From Candidatus Pacearchaeota archaeon (GTDB taxonomy: Archaea; Nanobdellota; Nanobdellia; Pacearchaeales; GW2011-AR1): a stretch of DNA of 14,749 nt. A program made the translations under genes and the position numbers. This document shows, one piece after another, positions 1-5,918 of this stretch. The stretch is taken from positions 1-14,749 of the forward strand of contig JASFEO010000020.1 of the NCBI GenBank assembly GCA_050124795.1, given 5' to 3'. The notes under the pieces were generated by a model that was not told the DNA's origin, searched no databases, and saw nothing but the letters and a program-made list of their open reading frames with translations. Position 1 is the first letter of the stretch. Every line of letters begins with the position of its first letter.

Positions 1-372
1 GGGGTAAACAAATTTGCATTTTTTGATTATCTTTATGAAAAAGGAAAAGATTTTTTTGAAAGAGAATTAATTATCCCAATAAGAAATCAGGGATTTGATC
101 TGGGTTATCTTCACACAGACCAATTATCTTATGAATCTAAGAATTATGATGCTCTTATTATCAAGCCAGGTTACGAAATTATCCACGAAGAAAGTTTTTT
201 CTGGCGCACATTCCTGGATAGAAACAAAATTCCAACACTAATGATTTCCTCAGGAGAAAGAATAAATAAATTAAAAGAGATAATAAAACCAGACAACTAT
301 ACTTATACAACAGACCCTCGTTTAATGAGGAGAACCCAATTTTTAAGGGAAGAGTTAATAATTCGGCATTAA
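1..372 (+). CDS. 5'-truncated hypothetical protein (>=123 aa), possibly a degenerate receiver (REC)-like fold
   Basis: Frame 1 is open from base 1 to TAA at 370-372: GVNKFAFFDYLYEKGKDFFERELIIPIRNQGFDLGYLHTDQLSYESKNYDALIIKPGYEIIHEESFFWRTFLDRNKIPTLMISSGERINKL...IIRH*. Not in the ORF track because the start lies outside the window. Overlaps the 3' end of the convergent dph2-like gene by 18 nt. Confidence 0.75.
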   Translation, partial: GVNKFAFFDYLYEKGKDFFERELIIPIRNQGFDLGYLHTDQLSYESKNYDALIIKPGYEIIHEESFFWRTFLDRNKIPTLMISSGERINKLKEIIKPDNYTYTTDPRLMRRTQFLREELIIRH

Positions 373-651
373 TTCATTATGGCCAAACTGGATAACTAAA
401 TCAATTTTCTTTTTTAATTTTTCACTTAAAACAGGAGTGTCGCATGCGCCAAAGCAGGTGTCAAGCCAGATTAGAAATTCTGAATTTGTTTTTTCTTCGA
501 GATAATCCGCAATTGCGGTTGCATAAATTTTAAGCCCATCTGGAAATTGCAATAAAACAAGTTTTGCTTTTTCTTTTTTTATTTGAGAAATTATTTTTTC
601 AAAATCAAAATTATATTTTTCATTTAATTCTTTAATTGAAATATTTTTCAT
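355..651 (-). CDS. dph2: Diphthamide synthesis protein Dph2-like, N-terminal domain only (98 aa)
   Basis: Motifs LLQFPDGLK, DTCFGACD and DLVIQFGH are typical of the first domain of Dph1/Dph2. TATA-like AATATAAA (673-680, minus) starts 29 nt upstream of the ATG. Confidence 0.85.
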   Translation of the reverse strand: MKNISIKELNEKYNFDFEKIISQIKKEKAKLVLLQFPDGLKIYATAIADYLEEKTNSEFLIWLDTCFGACDTPVLSEKLKKKIDLVIQFGHNELMPNY

Positions 652-702
652 AAATAAAAAAGTAAAAATAAGTTTATATTTGTTGTCTTTTTTTCAGAGT
701 GA

Positions 703-716
703 GAAAGCCTTAAAAA
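703..716 (+). promoter_or_regulatory. BRE + TATA promoter for the putative triple-hairpin RNA
   Basis: GAAAG (703-707) followed by CTTAAAAA (709-716). The same octamer lies at 12710-12717, 29 nt before the 12739 ATG. This spacing predicts a transcription start near 736-738. Confidence 0.6.
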
Positions 717-735
717 CCAATTAAACATATACTGA

Positions 736-811
736 ATGTCTAACTTCGGTTAGACGTCTGCTTAACTTCGGTTAAGCATTTGGAGAGATTAATCTTCGGA
801 TTTTTCTCTCC
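736..811 (+). ncRNA. Putative small RNA of three tandem C(UUCG)G hairpins, family unknown
   Basis: ATGTCTAAC-TTCG-GTTAGACGT (736-757), TGCTTAAC-TTCG-GTTAAGCA (759-778), GGAGAGA-TT-AATC-TTCG-GATT-TT-TCTCTCC (782-811). Promoter upstream and T-rich tract (812-822) downstream. Confidence 0.65.
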
Positions 812-897
812 TTTATATTTTTATATTGCAATCAGGAGAATCCTGTGATAAACTTCTTATGCCAGTAATTTTTTCATAGATATTTAATCATCTTAAC

Positions 898-905
898 CTT
901 TAAAA
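898..905 (+). promoter_or_regulatory. TATA box of aIF5B gene (probably leaderless)
   Basis: CTTTAAAA starts 30 nt upstream of ATG 928, matching the spacing at other genes in the window. Confidence 0.6.
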
Positions 906-927
906 ATAAATATATTCTCTAAAATAT

Positions 928-2682
928 ATGACAAACACAACCAATAATCGCATCAGGCAACCAATAGTAACGGTCTGCGGACATGTTGATCATGGAAAGA
1001 CTTCTATCTTAGATTGTATAAGAAGCAGTTGCGTTCAGGGAGGAGAAGCAGGAGGAATCACGCAAAAAATTTCTTTTACAACTTATCCAATTGAAGAATT
1101 AAAAAAATCATGCCCTTTAATTGAAGCTTCAGGAATAAAATTACAGATTCCGGGATTTTTATTTATTGATACACCTGGCCATGCAGCTTTTACGAATCTG
1201 CGAAAACGAGGAGGAAGCTTGGCAGACCTGGCAGTTTTAGTTATTGATATTAATGAAGGAATAAAACCCCAGACTGCGGAAGTAATTGAAATTTTAAAAT
1301 TAAATAAAACTCCTTTTATGATTGCATTAAATAAAATCGACAATATTTCTGGCTGGAGAAAACAGGATGAATCATTGCCCAAGAGCATTTCAATGCAGTC
1401 TCAAAATGTGAAACAAATTTTTGATGAAAGATATTTAACTTTAATAGGTTCATTAAATTCTTATGGTTTTGACGCAGACCTTTATTTTAATATAAATGAT
1501 TTTTCAAAAAAAATTGCACTTGTCCCGGTTTCAGCAAAAACAAAAGAGGGAGTTCCTGAATTAATCATGATGCTTTGCGGACTTAGTGAAAAATATTTGC
1601 ACAACAGATTAACTCTTGGTGAAAAAGCAAAAGGAGTAATTTTAGAAATAAAAAAAGACAAGGCAATTAATTATGCAGAGAGCATTCTTTACGACGGAGA
1701 ATTAAAAAAAACTGACGAAATCGCAGTTGCAAGTTTAACAAGAGAACCCATAGTTACAAAGATAAGAACATTGGAGGAGATTGAAAGCTTGTGCGCGAGA
1801 TTCAAACCCAAGGAAAAAGTAACTGCTTCAACTGGTCTGAAAATGCAATTAATTGAGAAAGCAAATATTTTGCCTGGCATGCCGTTTGTTTTGTATGAAG
1901 ATAATCTGGAAGAAATAAAAAAAGAATTTTCAAAAGAAATTTCAGGGGCAGTGCAGACTTCTAAGCAGGGAATTATTGCGAAGGCAGATTCTTTGGGAAG
2001 CCTGGAAGCGCTTTTGGTTTTGTTAAAGCAGAATAATATTTCAGTTTTAAAAGCAGGGATTGGCAATATAAATAAAACAGATGTAATTTCAGCAAAAGCA
2101 AATTTAGAAATTAATGAACTTGATTCAATTATCGTTGGGTTTAATGTTAGTGAGGATGAAGAAGTAAGAGAAATGCAAGAAAGAAAAATCAAAATCATAA
2201 CTGACGATGTAGTTTACAAATTAATTGAAAATTTGTCAGCTTACCGTCGTGAAAAACAAATAGAGATTGAAAAAAATCGCCTTATGAAACTTTCGACAAT
2301 TGCAAAGTTAAAGATTCTCCCCCAGTATGTTTTCAGAAACACAAAACCTGCGATTTTTGGTGTGAAAGTTGACGGAGGAAAATTGATTTCAAATTTAAAT
2401 TTCATTAATGAGGCAGGAGAGAAAATCGGCAGAGTAAAAAATATTCAGTCTGAAAATAAATCTGTTACTGAATCAACTGAAGGAATGGAAGTTGCAATCT
2501 CAATTCCAGGTGTTAATTTTGAGAGGCAATTAAAAAATTCAGAGATACTTTATTCAGACATGAGTACAACGCAATTTAGAACTTTTAAAAAAAATAAGGA
2601 TTTGTTATCCAGTAAAGAAATAAAAATTTTACAGGAGATTGCAGAAATTAAAAGAAAAAAAGATAATGATTGGGGGCGATAG
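928..2682 (+). CDS. infB: Translation initiation factor aIF5B (IF-2), 584 aa
   Basis: IRQPIVTVCGHVDHGKT (G1), GEAGGITQ, DTPGH (G3), NKID (G4), KADSLGSLEAL and C-terminal VFRNTKPAIFGV. Archaeal length, no intein visible. Confidence 0.97.
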   Translation: MTNTTNNRIRQPIVTVCGHVDHGKTSILDCIRSSCVQGGEAGGITQKISFTTYPIEELKKSCPLIEASGIKLQIPGFLFIDTPGHAAFTNLRKRGGSLADLAVLVIDINEGIKPQTAEVIEILKLNKTPFMIALNKIDNISGWRKQDESLPKSISMQSQNVKQIFDERYLTLIGSLNSYGFDADLYFNINDFSKKIALVPVSAKTKEGVPELIMMLCGLSEKYLHNRLTLGEKAKGVILEIKKDKAINYAESILYDGELKKTDEIAVASLTREPIVTKIRTLEEIESLCARFKPKEKVTASTGLKMQLIEKANILPGMPFVLYEDNLEEIKKEFSKEISGAVQTSKQGIIAKADSLGSLEALLVLLKQNNISVLKAGIGNINKTDVISAKANLEINELDSIIVGFNVSEDEEVREMQERKIKIITDDVVYKLIENLSAYRREKQIEIEKNRLMKLSTIAKLKILPQYVFRNTKPAIFGVKVDGGKLISNLNFINEAGEKIGRVKNIQSENKSVTESTEGMEVAISIPGVNFERQLKNSEILYSDMSTTQFRTFKKNKDLLSSKEIKILQEIAEIKRKKDNDWGR

Positions 2683-2710
2683 AAAAAATTGTATTTGAGA
2701 AGATTTGGTA

Positions 2711-3385
2711 TTAGAAAAAATCCATTGAATTCTTATGAGCCATCAATAAAGCCATTTCATATGTTTTTGGGATGCCCGCTTGTTTTTGTTTTTGAATAAT
2801 TTCTTTGACATCATTTAAATTGCTTATTTTTATCTTCGTACTATCTATAAAATGACTTGTAAAAAACATGCCAAGCCTGACATAACTTAATCTGCTTGAT
2901 GGATCCCATTCAATTTCCATTTCATTGCTCTTCGGTATTTTACGAATATGTTCTTCATAAACTTTATTTCTTTCACTTTGGGATAAAAGAACTTTCTCCC
3001 AGTTTTCTTCTCCGGGATTTTTCCCCATTGCAATTTCTTCAACTATTTTTCTGTTTACAACATCGATTGGTTTGTCTCTAAGAAGATTTTCCAAAAGTGA
3101 ATGACCTAAATCAACATAGCTTCCTGTTGAACCAGGATTCCAAATAACCCTGATTCTTTTTGCTTCGTAAATTTCTCTTGCATGATCTCTGCAAATTCGA
3201 TAGCCGCCTATTGGGTCTTCCTGATTCGTGTCATCTGCAGGGTATAAAATCTGTGCCCCGTCTTTTCTTGCATCACTTAAATATCTTTCAATTTCCTCTT
3301 TCTCTCTCTTAGGAGCTTTTCTTACAGAACAAATAAGATAATCATAATCTCCGGGATATTTTCTTACATATTCAGGCAATTTCAT
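2711..3385 (-). CDS. Nucleoside 2-deoxyribosyltransferase (NDT)-like fold protein with internal duplication, 224 aa
   Basis: YLICSVR...ILYP.DDTNQ...RIC...W.P.STGSYVDLG...KPI resembles the NDT/Rcl-like flavodoxin-fold pattern (family call is inference). TATA CTTTAAAA (3407-3414, minus) starts 29 nt upstream. Confidence 0.6.
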   Translation of the reverse strand: MKLPEYVRKYPGDYDYLICSVRKAPKREKEEIERYLSDARKDGAQILYPADDTNQEDPIGGYRICRDHAREIYEAKRIRVIWNPGSTGSYVDLGHSLLENLLRDKPIDVVNRKIVEEIAMGKNPGEENWEKVLLSQSERNKVYEEHIRKIPKSNEMEIEWDPSSRLSYVRLGMFFTSHFIDSTKIKISNLNDVKEIIQKQKQAGIPKTYEMALLMAHKNSMDFF

Positions 3386-3486
3386 AATCCAAAAATAGAT
3401 TTTTATTTTTAAAGATTTATATTCAGGACTATAACTTTTTCAAGAACAAAATAAAATTTTCTGAATCTGAAAAATCTATGAATAAG

Positions 3487-3596
3487 GCTGCCAACTCCCG
3501 ACCCCGCACAAAGTTTTTGTGCCGGCGATACTTTTACCACGAAGTCACTCAGGATTTGAGTTTAATCGTTCCTGTGTTAAGCAAACACATAACAGC
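3487..3596 (-). ncRNA. Putative structured ncRNA (~110 nt), family unassigned
   Basis: GC-rich island in an AT-rich intergenic region. The minus strand folds with a closing stem GCUGUUA/UGGCAGC and five internal helices. Several G-U pairs would be A-C mismatches on the plus strand, supporting the minus strand. Confidence 0.65.
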
Positions 3597-3632
3597 ATAA
3601 ATGAATATTCAATTTTGTAAAATATTTTTGAA

Positions 3633-3707
3633 TGAGGCTGCTAGGATTTGAACCTAGGACCCCTGCCTTATCAGAGCAGTGCTCTGGCCAGACTGAGCTA
3701 CAGCCTC
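3633..3707 (-). tRNA. tRNA-Ile (anticodon GAT), 75 nt, no intron, CCA not encoded
   Basis: Cloverleaf GAGGCTG TA GCTC AGTCTGGCCA GAGC A CTGCT CT-GAT-AA GGCAG GGGTC CTAGG TTCAAAT CCTAG CAGCCTC A. TATA CTTATAAA at 3732-3739 (minus). Confidence 0.97.
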
Positions 3708-3760
3708 ATAGAAAAATTAGAGAATTATTTGTTTATAAGTTTTGTGACTTAGTAAATTTT

Positions 3761-4450
3761 CTATTCTTCACCAAGTTCCAAAATAAGTTTTCCTTTTGTT
3801 AAATTATAATTCATAACAGGCAGACTAATTGGGATTATTTTTGCATAAACTTTGTCCTCTGTCAAAGCCTTGATTTCAATTGAGTTCTCAAATTTATTTA
3901 TTGAAATATCATCAATTGTTTTTACCCCCGGAATATCAACTTCATAGATAAGTTTATCAGAAAATCTTTTTACATTTGTAGAAGGTTCCTGCTTTGGCAG
4001 ACTTAATGACTTTTCATGGTTTTCTTTTGAGAAATTTTTCTGCAAATCCACTTTTGGTTTTTCTTTAATTATTTTTTTATTATTAGCATTATCGCCAAAT
4101 GAATCAATTTGTATCTCAGGCTGATGCCCCCCGAGAGTTGAAATTTTTATGCTTATTCCATTTTGCCCAATTTTTTTATTTTGCGGTTTAGTCATTTTAT
4201 TATTCATTTGAGAAAATTCTCGATTTAATTCCTTGCTTAAATTTTTCATTAAAGAACCAAACATTTTATTGAATCCAAATGGCAGACCAAAATTATTTCC
4301 AAGATTTACCCTATCGTTTTTGCCCAGCATTCCAAAATCCAGGGGGTTTTCATCAAACTCCTGATTTAATAAATTCCCGCAGTGCGGACAATAATCATGT
4401 TTTTCACTAACAGAGTTTTTGCACTTTTTGCACTTTTTCTTTTTGAACAT
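3761..4450 (-). CDS. Zinc-ribbon plus Hsp20/alpha-crystallin-like domain protein, 229 aa
   Basis: N-terminal CKKC...CPHCG. C-terminal EPSTNV...YEVDIPGV..DDISI...SIEIKA...KGKLILEL matches the small heat-shock beta-sandwich pattern. Confidence 0.8.
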   Translation of the reverse strand: MFKKKKCKKCKNSVSEKHDYCPHCGNLLNQEFDENPLDFGMLGKNDRVNLGNNFGLPFGFNKMFGSLMKNLSKELNREFSQMNNKMTKPQNKKIGQNGISIKISTLGGHQPEIQIDSFGDNANNKKIIKEKPKVDLQKNFSKENHEKSLSLPKQEPSTNVKRFSDKLIYEVDIPGVKTIDDISINKFENSIEIKALTEDKVYAKIIPISLPVMNYNLTKGKLILELGEE

Positions 4451-4492
4451 TTCAAAATTAATTTAATTTTCTTTAAATAGTTTTTGATGAGA

Positions 4493-5878
4493 TTATTTCA
4501 TGAAAAAATATTTTTTTATATGCATCACGTCACGAACTTCTCCGTGTATTGTCGGTATTGCCTGCTTTAAAATAATTTCCTTAAATGCTCGGGAACTTCT
4601 AAAACTTCGCGTCTTTCTGACTTCTTTTATTTTTGGAAGCCAAAATAAAATAGAAAAAATTCTCAGAACACCCCCCAGAATAAAAATAAAAATAATTGAT
4701 TCTATAAAACTTGTATTAAGAAATTTAATTAAAAGCGCCCCAAGTCCTGAGCCAAAGAATATTCCCAATCCCCAAAGCAAATTATAATAAGAAACTGCAA
4801 GACCGCGCTTTTCTGCTTTCACATTCTCATAAATAAAATTTCTTTCTGTTAAATGTATGCCTGCCCATCCAATTCCGCTGATTAAAGACGGAACTAAAAT
4901 AAGATAAATAAATGAATGGTTCAAAATCCATAAAATCGGAAGAACGGCAATCACCCAAGAAGAAATGCAAAGAACCAAATAGTTTCCATAACCATCAGAA
5001 AATTTCCCCAACAATTCAATTGTGAATAAAGAAATCCCGGTTCCTGCAAAAATAATTATCATGTATTCAGCATAAGAAAAACCAAGTGTCCTCAATAAAT
5101 AAACAACTAAAAGTGAGCTTGAAATTGTATTGGCAAAAGTAAAAAAGAATCTAAAAAAGGCAAATCTTCCAAAATTATTATTCTTTGCATTCAATAAAAA
5201 TTGTGTAAAAGAAAAATAATCTCCTTTTTTTAATTTTATTTTTGGTTCATATGTCTTTTTAATAAATTTAATTGAACTAATTCTTGAAATAAATGCTATA
5301 AAAAACAAAATTGAAAAACCAATCATTGTCATGCCATGCCTCTTTAGATAATCAAGAAAAAACGACGAGGAAACAACTAAGACAACAGACATCACTCCTA
5401 TAAGCAAATTTCTTTTTGAAAACCATTTTCCGCGATTTTTTTCATTCACTATATCCCCCATCCATGAAAACCATGCAGGATGACCAATGCCTTTGAACAC
5501 TGAATAAAGCCCAAATGAAAAAAGCAAAATATAAGGAAGAGCTAAAATTAAAATTCCTTTTAAATATGCAATTGCAATCAAGACAAAAGGTATCCACATT
5601 AAAGCTTCAAAAAAAACTGATTTGAGTAAAATTTTTTTTCGTGAATATTTTTCAATTAAACGCGAGCCAAAGACTTCACTTAAAGGATCAATCAAACCAG
5701 TAACAGCACTCACCATTGCAACAAGAGCGCTGCTTGAATTAATTGCAACTGCAAAAGGCGAAACATAATGATGCCCCAAAGATGACTCAGCAGACCAAAA
5801 AATTCCCTCGCTAATGCTGTAGTTTCTTGCTTTCTCCTTTAATTTTTTTACCTCAGGAGAATCTTTTTTATTTTTCAT
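4493..5878 (-). CDS. MFS transporter (~461 aa); start reassigned to ATG 5878
   Basis: About 12 hydrophobic segments with MFS motif A-like GSRLIEKYSRK and GKFSDGYG, plus WFSWMGDIV...RGKWF. An SD-like GGGGTGA directly precedes ATG 5878, whereas the track start (5947) overlaps the primase 3' end. Confidence 0.88.
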   Translation of the reverse strand: MKNKKDSPEVKKLKEKARNYSISEGIFWSAESSLGHHYVSPFAVAINSSSALVAMVSAVTGLIDPLSEVFGSRLIEKYSRKKILLKSVFFEALMWIPFVLIAIAYLKGILILALPYILLFSFGLYSVFKGIGHPAWFSWMGDIVNEKNRGKWFSKRNLLIGVMSVVLVVSSSFFLDYLKRHGMTMIGFSILFFIAFISRISSIKFIKKTYEPKIKLKKGDYFSFTQFLLNAKNNNFGRFAFFRFFFTFANTISSSLLVVYLLRTLGFSYAEYMIIIFAGTGISLFTIELLGKFSDGYGNYLVLCISSWVIAVLPILWILNHSFIYLILVPSLISGIGWAGIHLTERNFIYENVKAEKRGLAVSYYNLLWGLGIFFGSGLGALLIKFLNTSFIESIIFIFILGGVLRIFSILFWLPKIKEVRKTRSFRSSRAFKEIILKQAIPTIHGEVRDVMHIKKYFFMK

Positions 5879-5918
5879 TTTCACCCCTATAAAAATCAAA
5901 GAAACATAATTTATAAAA

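Noticed and set aside
736-811. Mini CRISPR array
   Set aside because: The repeat core is only 12 bp with 10-16 nt between copies, too short for repeats and spacers, and no cas genes are in the window.
833-845. Small hairpin CAGGA-GAA-TCCTG downstream of the triple hairpin
   Set aside because: Only 5 bp with a different loop, and beyond the T-rich tract; expected by chance.
1083-2198. Minus-strand ORFs 1083-1388 and 1689-2198
   Set aside because: Antisense shadows of aIF5B with Ser/Ile/Phe-rich composition typical of reverse-complemented coding DNA.
2896-3081. Plus-strand 61-aa ORF
   Set aside because: Antisense within the NDT-like gene, with no promoter or motif.
3487-3596. Confident call as 5S rRNA, SRP RNA, RNase P RNA, riboswitch or hammerhead/HDV ribozyme
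   Set aside because: No loop C CCGAAC (5S), no GGAA tetraloop with AGCAG (SRP), and no GAGGAAAGUCC/ACAGAA pair (RNase P). CUGAGUGA does not fit the hammerhead CUGANGA core. The downstream gene has its own TATA, arguing against a riboswitch. Left unassigned.
2711-3632. Integrated mobile element at tRNA-Ile
   Set aside because: No integrase or transposase, and the only tRNA-end repeat is 13 bp located 150 bp away. Kept only as a possible relic in the findings.
4500-4787. Plus-strand 95-aa ORF
   Set aside because: Antisense shadow of the MFS transporter.
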